Assembly: GCA_035632695.1 (NCBI GenBank)
Contig: DASQGG010000027.1
Span: forward strand, 2,073 to 66,072
Reading direction: 5' to 3'
DNA: 64,000 nt
DNA from: Thermoplasmata archaeon
GTDB taxonomy: Archaea; Thermoplasmatota; Thermoplasmata; RBG-16-68-12
In this document: piece by piece, positions 8,020 through 19,298 of the stretch
Numbering within the stretch: position 1 is the stretch's first letter
Layout: each line of letters opens with the position of its first letter
The notes under the pieces: model-generated
Told to the model about the DNA's origin: nothing
Seen by the model: the letters and a program-made list of their open reading frames with translations, nothing else
Database searches by the model: none
Made by a program: the position numbers and the translations under genes

Positions 8020-9186
8020 TCACGCGCGCTGCTCAATCGGCACGTACACGTTGTCCGTCGGCCCGATGTAGTAGTCGAGGGGCCGCACGAGGCGGTTGTC
8101 CTCCCAGTACTCGATCACGTGCGCCGTCCAGCCCGAGATCCTGGAGACGGCAAAGATCGGTGTGAAGAGGTCCGCGGGGATTCCCAGGAGATGGTACGTG
8201 AGCCCGGAATAGAAGTCCACGTTCGGGTAGACGTGCTTGGCCGACAGTTCGCGCACGACCGTATCCTGGACGATCTCCGCGATGCGGAACAGGTCCTCCT
8301 CGCCCCGCAGCTCGCTGAGCTTACGCGCGTAGTCCCGCAGGATCAGGGCGCGGGGATCCCAGGTCTTGTAGACCCGGTGTCCGAACCCGAAGATCTTGCC
8401 GTGGTTCTGGAGCGTGTTCAACACGTAGGCTTCCGCGTTCTCCGGCTTCCCGATCGCGAGCATGGTCTTCAGGGCGGCCTCGTTCGCGCCTCCGTGAAGG
8501 GGTCCCTTGAGGGTGGCGATCGCGGCGACGATCGTGCTGTACAGGTCCGCGAGGGTGGACGCGGCCACCGTGGCGGCGAAGGCGGACGCGTTCATGCTGT
8601 GGTCCGCGTGGAGGATCAAGGCGACGTCCATCACCTTCGCGGAGAGCCGGTCCGGCCGCTTGCCCGTGAGCATCCGCAGGAAGTCGTCCGCGATGCCCAG
8701 GCTCGGGTCCGGCGGCACCGGTCGTTTTCCCTCCCGGATCCGGTTCGCCGTCGCGACCAGGGTCGGCAGCTTCCCGATCAGCCGCTGGGCCTTCCGCATG
8801 TTCGCGGCGCGGGTGGGGTCGTCCCGCTCCTTGTCGAAGTTGCTGACATAGGAGACCGCCGTCCGGAGCACGTCGATCGGCGGAGCGTCGGCCGGCATGC
8901 ACCGCAGGAGCTTCACGACCTCCGGACCGATGGTCCGGTTCTCCGCGAACGCCTGCGTTGCCTCGGCGAGCTCCGTCTTGGTCGGCAGCCGACCGTGGAT
9001 CAGGATGTAGACGGTCTCCTCGAAGCTGGAGTGCACGGCAAGGTCCCGGATGTCCCAGCCTCGGTACAGGAGGCGGCCCTTGATGCCGTCGACGAGGCAG
9101 ATGGACGACTCCTTGACGTAGACATCGTCGAGACCCTTCTCGATCTTCGGCTTCGCCTCGACCGTCGGCTTCTCGGTCATGCTCAT
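8020..9186 (-). CDS. gltA: Citrate synthase
   Basis: GHRVYKTWDPRA active-site signature and overall citrate synthase architecture. Start taken at MSMTEKP. Confidence 0.9.
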   Translation of the reverse strand: MSMTEKPTVEAKPKIEKGLDDVYVKESSICLVDGIKGRLLYRGWDIRDLAVHSSFEETVYILIHGRLPTKTELAEATQAFAENRTIGPEVVKLLRCMPADAPPIDVLRTAVSYVSNFDKERDDPTRAANMRKAQRLIGKLPTLVATANRIREGKRPVPPDPSLGIADDFLRMLTGKRPDRLSAKVMDVALILHADHSMNASAFAATVAASTLADLYSTIVAAIATLKGPLHGGANEAALKTMLAIGKPENAEAYVLNTLQNHGKIFGFGHRVYKTWDPRALILRDYARKLSELRGEEDLFRIAEIVQDTVVRELSAKHVYPNVDFYSGLTYHLLGIPADLFTPIFAVSRISGWTAHVIEYWEDNRLVRPLDYYIGPTDNVYVPIEQRA

Positions 9187-9223
9187 GTCACGCGCCCCCC
9201 TTAGGCGGCGGGGACCACAGGCC

Positions 9224-9721
9224 TCACGCCCCCGCGATGACGAGGTCCCCATGGTGCTTGATGTACTCCACGAGGCCGCCCTCCTCCAAGATTCGGGCCA
9301 TGACCGCGGGCAGAGGAGGGAACGTGAGGTCGATTCCCTTCGTCCGGTCGTGGACGATTCCCTTCTCCAAGTCGACGTCCAGATCGTCGCCTTCCGCGAT
9401 CCGGTCCGTGTCGACGACGATGGCGGGCAGCCCGATGTTGATGCAGTTGCGGTAGAAGATCCGGGCGAAGGACCGGGCGAGGACCGCGCGCGTCCCCGCG
9501 AGCTTGATGATCACGGGCGCATGCTCTCGGGACGAACCCTTCCCGAAGTTCCGTCCCCCGACCACGAAGTCCCCCGGCTTCACACCCGACGCGAATTCGG
9601 GCCGAGCGTCCTCGAGCACGTGCTTCGCGAGCTCCGGCAGGTTCGAGCGGAGGTGGTAGAAGCGGCCGGGCGCGATGAGGTCCGTGGAGATGTTGTCGCC
9701 GAACTTCCAGGCCCGGCCCAT
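9224..9721 (-). CDS. leuD: LeuD-type small subunit of an aconitase-family dehydratase (3-isopropylmalate dehydratase/homoaconitase-like)
   Basis: 165 aa with FGKGSSREHAP and the LeuD swivel-domain signature. Its ATG overlaps the large-subunit stop (ATGA). Confidence 0.8.
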   Translation of the reverse strand: MGRAWKFGDNISTDLIAPGRFYHLRSNLPELAKHVLEDARPEFASGVKPGDFVVGGRNFGKGSSREHAPVIIKLAGTRAVLARSFARIFYRNCINIGLPAIVVDTDRIAEGDDLDVDLEKGIVHDRTKGIDLTFPPLPAVMARILEEGGLVEYIKHHGDLVIAGA

Positions 9722-10992
9722 CACCGCACCTCCCGCGGGTCCGTGATCACGCCAAACATGGCCGTGGCGGCCGCCGTCGCCGGGGACGCCAGGTACGTGA
9801 AGGCGGCGGGGTTTCCCATCCGCCCGACGTAGTTCCGGTTCGTCGTGGACAGGACGTTCTCGCCGTCGCCCGGGATGCCTAGGTGGACGCCGGGGCAGGC
9901 ACCGCAGCCGGGCGATTGGATCGTCGCACCCGCGTCGAGGAGGATTTCGAACAGACCTTCCTTCATGGATCGCGCGTACGCCTCCTTGGAGGCGGGGACC
10001 ACGATGAGCCGTGTGCCCTCCGCGACCTTCTCGCCCTTCATGTAGTCGCAGAACACCTGGATGTCCTCGTAGCGCGCGTTCGTGCAGGAGCCCAGGTACA
10101 CCTGCTGAATCTTGAGCCCCTTCACGCTCGGGTCCGTCACGGGCACCACGTTGTCCTCCTGGGGCGGCCGGGCCACCATGGGATCCAGGTCGCCCGCGTC
10201 GTACGGATGGACGGCCTCGTACCCGGCATCCTCGTCCGGGCGGATCTCCTTCCAATCCCCCTCCCGGCCGTGCTCGCGCAGGTACCGCTTCGTCTCCTGG
10301 TCCGACGGCTGCGGGCCGCACTTGCCGCCGCCTTCGATGGCCATGTTCGAGAGGACCATGCGCTCCGTCATGGGCATCGCGGCCCACGCCGGGCCGCCCC
10401 ACTCCATGGCCTTGTACGTGGCGCCGTCCGTCTTGATGTCCCCGAGCACGCGGAGGATGAGGTCCTTGGAGAACACGCCCTTGTGGAACTTCCCGCGGAC
10501 CTCGAACTTGAGCGTCTCGGGCACCCGAAGCCAGGTCTTGCCCAGGGCCAGGGCGACCGCCACGTCCGTGGACCCCATGCCCGTCGCGAAGGCGCCCATG
10601 GCACCGCCCATCACGCTGTGACTGTCCGCGCCGATGACCACGTCCCACGGCCGGACGTACTTCTCGAACGCGACTTGGTGGCACACGCCTTGCCCGACGT
10701 CGGAGAGGATCATGCCCGTCTTGGCGGCAAAGTCCCGCAGGTAGACGTGGTCCGTCGCGAGCTCCCGTCGCGGAGGCGGGCTCGAATGGTCGATGAAGAC
10801 GACGGACCGCTGCGGGTTCGCCGCCTTGATGAGGTTCATCTGTTCCATCATGCGGAACGTGAGCGGCCCCGTGCCGTCCTGGACGTACGCGAGATCCACC
10901 TTGGCGATCGTGGTGTCTCCCGCGCGGACGGGATGGCCGGAGGCGCGCGAGAGTACCTTCTCAACAAGGGTTTTCCCCGGCATGCCTTCCAC
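9721..10992 (-). CDS. leuC: LeuC-type large subunit of an aconitase-family dehydratase
   Basis: Aconitase catalytic-domain motifs and Fe-S ligand cysteines (GSCTNARYED, GCGACPG). Translationally coupled to the small subunit. Confidence 0.8.
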   Translation of the reverse strand: MEGMPGKTLVEKVLSRASGHPVRAGDTTIAKVDLAYVQDGTGPLTFRMMEQMNLIKAANPQRSVVFIDHSSPPPRRELATDHVYLRDFAAKTGMILSDVGQGVCHQVAFEKYVRPWDVVIGADSHSVMGGAMGAFATGMGSTDVAVALALGKTWLRVPETLKFEVRGKFHKGVFSKDLILRVLGDIKTDGATYKAMEWGGPAWAAMPMTERMVLSNMAIEGGGKCGPQPSDQETKRYLREHGREGDWKEIRPDEDAGYEAVHPYDAGDLDPMVARPPQEDNVVPVTDPSVKGLKIQQVYLGSCTNARYEDIQVFCDYMKGEKVAEGTRLIVVPASKEAYARSMKEGLFEILLDAGATIQSPGCGACPGVHLGIPGDGENVLSTTNRNYVGRMGNPAAFTYLASPATAAATAMFGVITDPREVR

Positions 10993-11000
10993 CGTCGTGT

Positions 11001-11050
11001 GGTGGGGTCCACTAAGCTCGCTGTGCTATTAAAAGTACGGGGTGGGGTCC
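11001..11050. promoter_or_regulatory. leuC upstream region: TATA-like TATTAAAA flanked by two GGTGGGGTCC direct repeats
   Basis: GGTGGGGTCC at 11001..11010 and 11041..11050 (40 bp apart) bracket TATTAAAA (11027..11034), located 35 to 45 nt upstream of the leuC start. Confidence 0.3.
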
Positions 11051-11089
11051 TCCGAACTTGGTGCGCACACGAACGGATTTCGGCGGGGA

Positions 11090-11977
11090 TCACAGAGACA
11101 GGGCGAGCGGCACGAGCGCGTCCGCCACGACGGCCAGCAGGATCAACGCGAGGTAGATTCCCGAGAACTTGTATCCGGCCCAGGCCCGCTCCTTCGTCGG
11201 TTCCCGGAGGAAGCGGAGGGTGAGGTACAGGAGTACCGCGCCCAGCGCGAGGGAGGCCACGACGTACGCGTCGTGGAACGCGTCCGTGAAGATGAACGCG
11301 ATGCTCGTGACCGCGACGATTGCGGAGGACGCGCCGATCGCACGCGCGGAGGTCCCCGCGTCCCTGACCGCCGGCAGCATGGGGAGGCCCGCGCGCCGGT
11401 AGTCGTCCTGGTTCCGGAAGGCGAGGGCCCAGAAGTGGCCCGGGGTCCAGAGGAATACGAGGAGCGCGATGAGGGCCGCGGGAAGGCTGATCCCATTCGC
11501 CGCGGCGGCCGATCCCGCGAGCGCCGGGCACGAGCCCGCAAAGCCTCCAATCACGATGTTGCTCACGTGCGTCCGTTTGAGGCCCAGCGTGTACACGCCG
11601 ACGTACACGACGAAACCGAGCCCAATCATCGCCGCAGTCAGCGGGTTGATCGTGAGGTATGCGAGGCCGAGAGACGCCGCGGTGAGTCCCAGGCCGAATG
11701 TGAGCGCACGGGTCGCGGGATCGATTCGATGGGCGGGTAGGGGCCGCGTCGACGTGCGTCGCATGACCGCATCGATGTCCCGGTCGATGTAATGATTCAC
11801 CGCACTTGCCCCGCTGGAGGCGAGGAGGCCCGAGACCATGAGCAGGCCGAAGGCCACCGGGTCGATGCGGGGGCCGCTCGTCGCGATGTACCCCGCCGCG
11901 GCGACGAGCAGCAGGAGCGCGTCGATCCGCAGCTTCATCAGTTGGACGTAGTCATCCAGGGACAAGTTCGGTCGCAA
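11090..11977 (-). CDS. ctaB: Protoheme IX farnesyltransferase (heme O synthase), UbiA family
   Basis: Polytopic membrane protein with the UbiA-family Asp-rich motif (NHYIDRDIDAVM) and CtaB/CyoE-like topology. Confidence 0.85.
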   Translation of the reverse strand: MRPNLSLDDYVQLMKLRIDALLLLVAAAGYIATSGPRIDPVAFGLLMVSGLLASSGASAVNHYIDRDIDAVMRRTSTRPLPAHRIDPATRALTFGLGLTAASLGLAYLTINPLTAAMIGLGFVVYVGVYTLGLKRTHVSNIVIGGFAGSCPALAGSAAAANGISLPAALIALLVFLWTPGHFWALAFRNQDDYRRAGLPMLPAVRDAGTSARAIGASSAIVAVTSIAFIFTDAFHDAYVVASLALGAVLLYLTLRFLREPTKERAWAGYKFSGIYLALILLAVVADALVPLALSL

Positions 11978-12012
11978 GTCGCGCCAAACCCCTTGCGGTT
12001 CTTAACCCTTTG

Positions 12013-12720
12013 TTACGAAGCCCCTTTTCGAGTTCCCGTCTTTGTACGCGCGACCAACCTGCGTCCGTGCGTGCGGTACCAGTCGCATTCGCGGCGCACC
12101 GGGCAGGCGTCGCAGCGGGGATCTCGTGCCTTGCAGAGTTCGCGGCCATGGGCAATGATCGCGAGGTGCCATGCTTTTCGCTTCGCGGGCGGCGTCCATG
12201 CCTCGAGTCTCGCTCGGGTCGCTTCGTAGTCCCTTCGTGGGACCAAACTCCAGCGGTGGGCGATCCGCGCGATGTGCGTGTCCACCGGGAACGTGGGATG
12301 GTTTGCTGCCATGGAGAGGACCACGTCCGCGGTCTTCGGCCCGACGCCCGGGAGGGTCCTCAGCTCGCGTCGCGCGTCCGGGGTCGGCAGGCGCAGGACG
12401 ACCTCCAAGGACCCTCCCCAACGGGCAATCACCTCTCGGGCGCAAGCCCGGATTCGCGGCGCCTTCTGGCCCGCGAGTCCGGCGTGCCAGATGGCCTCCC
12501 GGATCGTCGGCAGGGGTGCAACCGCGACGGAGCCGGGCGTGATTTCTCCCAGGGCGCGGCGCAACCCGTCGAGCCCGAGTCGTTCGTTCGCGACGGTCGT
12601 GCTCTGCGAGAGAATCGTGGACACGAGAATCTCGAACGGGGTCATCCCTTCGGACCAATCCTTCATCGGGTGACGGCGCTCGAGGATGCGCATCGTGCGC
12701 TCGAACGCGGCCCGGTCCAC
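12013..12720 (-). CDS. nth: Endonuclease III (DNA glycosylase/AP lyase)
   Basis: HhH-GPD motif (LPGVGPKTADVV). C-terminal 4Fe-4S cluster cysteines C-x6-C-x2-C-x5-C (CKARDPRCDACPVRREC). Confidence 0.9.
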   Translation of the reverse strand: MDRAAFERTMRILERRHPMKDWSEGMTPFEILVSTILSQSTTVANERLGLDGLRRALGEITPGSVAVAPLPTIREAIWHAGLAGQKAPRIRACAREVIARWGGSLEVVLRLPTPDARRELRTLPGVGPKTADVVLSMAANHPTFPVDTHIARIAHRWSLVPRRDYEATRARLEAWTPPAKRKAWHLAIIAHGRELCKARDPRCDACPVRRECDWYRTHGRRLVARTKTGTRKGAS

Positions 12721-12759
12721 GGGCTCTGTAGACCCTGCAGCGGGATAAAGTCCTGGGCG

Positions 12760-13602
12760 TCAACCGCTGACGAACGACCGCACCATGGTGATGATGTTCC
12801 GCGGCCGCTCCCGGAGCCGGCGGGTGAAGTACGGCAGCCAGGTCGGGCCGTAGGGGATGTACTCGGTGACCCGATGGCCCTGGGACACCAGCTCCAGCTT
12901 GAGCGGATCCCGCACCCCTTGCAGCATCGCGAACTCGAAGGGGACGTCCGGATGGGCCTTCGAGAGCTCGAGGGCGCGGTCAATCATGCGCCCGTCGTGG
13001 CTCGCGACGGCAAAGTGCCGCCCCTTGGCGAACAGGGTCTCGAGGTGACGCAGGTACGCCCGGTCGATCTCCGCGCGGCTTGTGAACGCGACGTCCGGCG
13101 TTTCCTTGTACGCGCCCTTGACGAGCCGGATTCGGGCGCCCAGGGGGAGAAGCTGCTCGAGGTCGTCCGCAGTCCGGCGGATGTTCGCCTGGAGGCAGAG
13201 CCCCACTTGGTCGTAGCGTCGGCGGAGGTTCTCGTAGATCCAGACCGTGTCCGCGATCGTGGACGCAGCTTCCATGTCAACCCAGAAGATCCGTCCCCAC
13301 GCCTTCGTGGCGTCCAGGACGGGAACGATCTGCGAGAGCGCGTATGCCCGGTCGATGAAGATCCCAAACTGGGTGGGTTTGATGCTCACGTCGCCGTCCA
13401 CCCGGGCCGCCCGGAGCTTGGCCACGAGGTGGATGTACTCCTGAACGGTCGCCTCCACGGGTGCCTTCTCGCGGTAGTGCTCCCCCAGGTGGTTCACGAG
13501 GGCATGGATGCCGCGGCGGTTGGCATCGAGGGCGACGCGGACCGCGTCGTCCATGGTCTCCCCCGCGACCCACTGGCGGGCGAATCGGATGAGGAGCCCC
13601 AT
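12760..13602 (-). CDS. Proline dehydrogenase (PutA-like PRODH domain)
   Basis: 280 aa TIM-barrel PRODH-family protein with conserved segments throughout. Confidence 0.8.
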   Translation of the reverse strand: MGLLIRFARQWVAGETMDDAVRVALDANRRGIHALVNHLGEHYREKAPVEATVQEYIHLVAKLRAARVDGDVSIKPTQFGIFIDRAYALSQIVPVLDATKAWGRIFWVDMEAASTIADTVWIYENLRRRYDQVGLCLQANIRRTADDLEQLLPLGARIRLVKGAYKETPDVAFTSRAEIDRAYLRHLETLFAKGRHFAVASHDGRMIDRALELSKAHPDVPFEFAMLQGVRDPLKLELVSQGHRVTEYIPYGPTWLPYFTRRLRERPRNIITMVRSFVSG

Positions 13603-13662
13603 GGTGGCAGGGATTTCCCGGCTTCGCTCAAATAGGTTCCGAATGGACGCGATTCCGCGCTC

Positions 13663-14121
13663 TCAGATGGGCTTGCCGCACGCGAGACAGAACCTCGCCT
13701 CCTCGGGATTCAGGTGACTGCAGGAGCGACAGCGCACCATGACGCCGGTCGTCTGCAGCGCCTCACGCCCGCGCACGGTGTCCGCCGACGAGCCCGAGCC
13801 CGCGACGGCGCCGAACAGGAGGAAGAGCCACCAGAGGCGCACCATCCAGCCGCCGACGCCCGCAAGGACGCCGCCGACCACGAAGAGCATGATCGCGCCG
13901 AAGAATCCGCCGAAGAAACCCGTGACCGAGAAGCTCGAGCTCAGGGCGTTGTTCAGGATTCCCGTGATGAAGCTGAACATGGCGTACAGGATGATCAGGA
14001 TGCCCGCGATGAGGAGGACGGCGCCCACGGCGAGGACCGTCACGGCGCCCCAGCCGAACGGCAGGGAAGGCGCGCCTCTCCGGTTTCGGGTCGCGGCGTA
14101 GGCAGCGAGCGGTAGGGCCAT
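13663..14121 (-). CDS. Membrane protein with C-terminal zinc ribbon
   Basis: Start taken at MALPLAAY. Several TM helices precede a C-terminal CRSCSHLNPEEARFCLACG zinc-ribbon. Confidence 0.5.
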   Translation of the reverse strand: MALPLAAYAATRNRRGAPSLPFGWGAVTVLAVGAVLLIAGILIILYAMFSFITGILNNALSSSFSVTGFFGGFFGAIMLFVVGGVLAGVGGWMVRLWWLFLLFGAVAGSGSSADTVRGREALQTTGVMVRCRSCSHLNPEEARFCLACGKPI

Positions 14122-14232
14122 GGTGGTGGGTTCCCGGCCCGTCCCCGTGGGACGAGGTCCCATGGCCTTCGGTCTGCCTCCTCATAAAAACATCGCTGGC
14201 GTTCCCAAGGTTGGTACTCAGGCCGCTCGGGG

Positions 14233-14640
14233 TCACCGGAGGTCCGGGCGCGCGACCACGGTCTCCGCGAACAGGACGCCCTTCACGGTCCGCAGACGGT
14301 CTGCGAGCTCCGCGACCTGCCTCGAATCGCCCTCGACGATGAGGACCTCGAGGCACGTCTCCTCGTTCAGGTGCGTGTGGGCCGTCGCGCGGATCGTGTC
14401 CAAGAAGTCGTGCTGGCGATGCAGGACGCGGTGGGTCACCATGCCCACATCGTGGCGGTACACGATCGTGATCGTGCCCACGACCGAGCCTCCGGCCTCG
14501 ATGCGGCGCCGGACGAGGCCCTTCCGGATGAGTTCCCGGAGCGCCTCTGAGCGGCTCGCGTACCCCTTCTCCCGCACTACGTCGTCCAGTTCCCGGAGGA
14601 GGGGCGCCTCCAGGGACACGCCAATCCGTTCCACGGCCAT
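14233..14640 (-). CDS. nikR: Nickel-responsive transcriptional regulator NikR
   Basis: N-terminal ribbon-helix-helix fused to a C-terminal ACT-like domain with His/Cys nickel ligands (HTHLNEETCLEV). Divergent from a NiCoT permease. Confidence 0.85.
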   Translation of the reverse strand: MAVERIGVSLEAPLLRELDDVVREKGYASRSEALRELIRKGLVRRRIEAGGSVVGTITIVYRHDVGMVTHRVLHRQHDFLDTIRATAHTHLNEETCLEVLIVEGDSRQVAELADRLRTVKGVLFAETVVARPDLR

Positions 14641-14740
14641 GTGTTACTCCCCAGGGGATGACGTGTTACTCCCTCATCAAATCAGCGTCCCGCGCGCTCC
14701 TCGAACCGCCAAACCCTTATCCGGCACGCCGTGTTACGCG
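14641..14740. promoter_or_regulatory. nikR-hoxN divergent intergenic region with three copies of the GTGTTAC(T/G)C motif
   Basis: GTGTTACTCC at 14641 and 14663 (tandem, 22 nt period, abutting the nikR ATG) and GTGTTACGCG at 14731. Candidate NikR operator/autoregulatory sites. Confidence 0.35.
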
Positions 14741-14758
14741 CAATATAGGCGTCATACT

Positions 14759-15823
14759 GTGAGCAGCCGCACTCCCGTCGACCGTCTCTCCGACGCCCCG
14801 CGCGCGACATCCGCCCGGTCCCGCGGCGCGATTCTGATTCTCTATTCTGTGATTGCGCTGGCGACCGTCTTGGGTTTCGTGGCCTCGTTCCTGATAGGCC
14901 AGCAATATCCGGTCCTCGCGGGCCTGGGGGTCACGGCCTACGTTCTAGGCCTGCGCCACGGCTTCGACGCGGACCACATCGCCGCGATCGACAACACGAC
15001 GCGGAAGCTCATGCACGAGCGCAGGCCGACCGCGTCCGTGGGGACTTGGTTCTCCCTCGGCCACTCAACCGTGGTCGTGGCGATGATCGTGGCGCTGACC
15101 CTGTCCGTCGGCTACATCCGGGACCAGATCCCCGCGTTCAAGAGCGCCGGCTCCATTCTGGGCGCGGCCGTTGCGGGCGTATTCCTCTGGCTCATCGGCC
15201 TCATGAACCTCCTCATCGTGTTCGAAATCTACCGGATTTTCCGCAGCCTGCGCGAGGGGAAGCTCGACGAAGCCCATCTGGAGGAAGCCCTCGACAAGCG
15301 GGGCTTCCTGCACCGGTACTTCGGGAGGCTCTTCGGGATGGTCCGGAGGGCGTGGCAGATCTACCCGATCGGCGTGCTCTTCGGCCTCGGGTTCGACACG
15401 GCGAGCGAGATCGCGCTCATCGCGGTGACCGTCGTGGTCGCGACGAGCTCCGCGGCTCCTCTGTGGATGATCCTGCTCCTGCCGTTCCTGTTCGCGTGCG
15501 GCATGGTCTTGGTCGACACCTCGGACTCCGTCGTCATGACGTACGCGTACGGTTGGGCGTTCCGCCGGCCGATGCGGAAGGTCTACTACAACCTCACCGT
15601 GACGATCATCTCGATCCTCGTGGCGTTCCTGATCGGTACGATCGAGCTTCTGTCCGTCGTCGTCAACAGCCTCGGACTGACCGGCGGGCTCTGGTCCACG
15701 TTGGGAAATGTGGACTTCACGACCATCGGTGTCGCCATCGTCCTTATCTTCGTGGGCTCATGGGGTTTCTCCGTCGCTTACTATCGGTACAAACGGTACG
15801 ACGAGATCCCCGCGGGCGCTTAG
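14759..15823 (+). CDS. hoxN: Nickel/cobalt transporter, HoxN/NixA (NiCoT) family
   Basis: 8-TM permease with the NiCoT signature RHGFDADHIAAIDNTTRKLM. I placed the GTG start at 14759; the longer ORF in the track overlaps nikR. Confidence 0.8.
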   Translation: MSSRTPVDRLSDAPRATSARSRGAILILYSVIALATVLGFVASFLIGQQYPVLAGLGVTAYVLGLRHGFDADHIAAIDNTTRKLMHERRPTASVGTWFSLGHSTVVVAMIVALTLSVGYIRDQIPAFKSAGSILGAAVAGVFLWLIGLMNLLIVFEIYRIFRSLREGKLDEAHLEEALDKRGFLHRYFGRLFGMVRRAWQIYPIGVLFGLGFDTASEIALIAVTVVVATSSAAPLWMILLLPFLFACGMVLVDTSDSVVMTYAYGWAFRRPMRKVYYNLTVTIISILVAFLIGTIELLSVVVNSLGLTGGLWSTLGNVDFTTIGVAIVLIFVGSWGFSVAYYRYKRYDEIPAGA

Positions 15824-15892
15824 GCGTGCAGCGGTCCTCGTCAGGTCGATTCGTGCAACCCCTTAAAACCAACCGTCGTCCTCTTTCCCACG

Positions 15893-16387
15893 ATGGACTA
15901 CGCGAAGCAGCTCGACCGGGCTCGGAGCCTTGCGGATCTGTTCGAGCTCGTCAAGCGCGGCGTGTCCGCGGTCGTGGGCCGCAATCGGGCCGGCCTCATG
16001 CTCGCCCTCGCCGATCTGGGCAATCATCCGCAGGGATTCCTGGGGGCGTTCTATCCGGTCGCGACGAACGTGATCGTGATGAACAAGGTCCCGCTCCTGC
16101 GCATCCAAGAGACGAACCCGGAGCTCTACAAGCCCTACGCGTTCTACGTGCTCCTTCACGAGTACCTTCACTCCGTCGGGTTCGTCGACGAGCTCGTGTG
16201 CCGCGACCGGGCCCGCGCGATCGCAGAAACCCTCTTCGGCCCGAGCCACTTAGTCACTCGGATCTCCCAGGATTTCTCCCAGTTCTTCCCGAGCCTCGTG
16301 TTCCCGGACGCGGCCTGGCAGCCCCAGGAACTGCGCCTCGAGTTCGTCCCAGACTTCGACCGCGGGTCCGCGTCGTATTTCGCCTAG
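15893..16387 (+). CDS. HExxH-motif putative zinc metalloprotein (hypothetical)
   Basis: 164 aa with LLHEYLHSVG (HExxH) and no TM segment. Family unclear. Confidence 0.5.
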   Translation: MDYAKQLDRARSLADLFELVKRGVSAVVGRNRAGLMLALADLGNHPQGFLGAFYPVATNVIVMNKVPLLRIQETNPELYKPYAFYVLLHEYLHSVGFVDELVCRDRARAIAETLFGPSHLVTRISQDFSQFFPSLVFPDAAWQPQELRLEFVPDFDRGSASYFA

Positions 16388-16592
16388 GTCAATGATGTCA
16401 TGGCGTCCGCGACCGGATCTCCAGGGGACGCCTGAACCCCGCGGTCACATCCGGGGCCCTCGTGGGCCGTCAGATCCCGCTTCGCTTCGCCGTCGCCTAC
16501 CGAGTATCCCAGGCCCTCGGAGGCGTCAGCGGGGCCGGCACGCTCGCGGTCATCCTCCGCAGGAGAACTTGACAACCGGTGTTCGATGATAA

Positions 16593-18992
<2,400 letters not shown>

Positions 18993-19012
18993 CGGCGTGT
19001 GGCGCGCGGGTC

Positions 19013-19211
19013 GTCAGCGAGGATGAGCAGCTGATGTACTTGGTGCTCCGCGAGCACAGCGGGGCGATGATTCAGAAGGACCTCGTCGGGCATCTTCTAG
19101 AGGGCAAAGGTTAGCCGGGTCTTGGACCCGCTCGAGGCGAAACGCGTCGTCGTGAAGGAGCGCAACGGGATGACGGACCGCGTGCGGATCATCGACGGCA
19201 CAACCAAGTAG
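19013..19211 (+). pseudogene. Frameshifted remnant of a winged-helix (MarR/ArsR-like) transcriptional regulator
   Basis: Frame 1 reads ...EDEQLMYLVLREHSGAMIQKDLVGHLLEGKG then a stop. After a +1 shift, VSRVLDPLEAKRVVVKERNGMTDRVRIIDGTTK follows. Together these give the HTH plus wing of a wHTH regulator. Local GC is lower than surrounding sequence. Confidence 0.3.
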
Positions 19212-19261
19212 GCCTGAATGAGGAAAGCCTAAACGGTTTCCGGCGCACGACAACTACGGAC

Positions 19262-19276
19262 AAACGTTTAAATCGG
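19262..19276 (+). promoter_or_regulatory. BRE/TATA box (AAACGTTTAAATCGG) for a leaderless FNR-like gene
   Basis: TTTAAAT centred about 28 nt upstream of the ATG at 19299, in a locally AT-richer stretch. Confidence 0.45.
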
Positions 19277-19298
19277 ACCTGGCGGTGCCGACTTCCGC

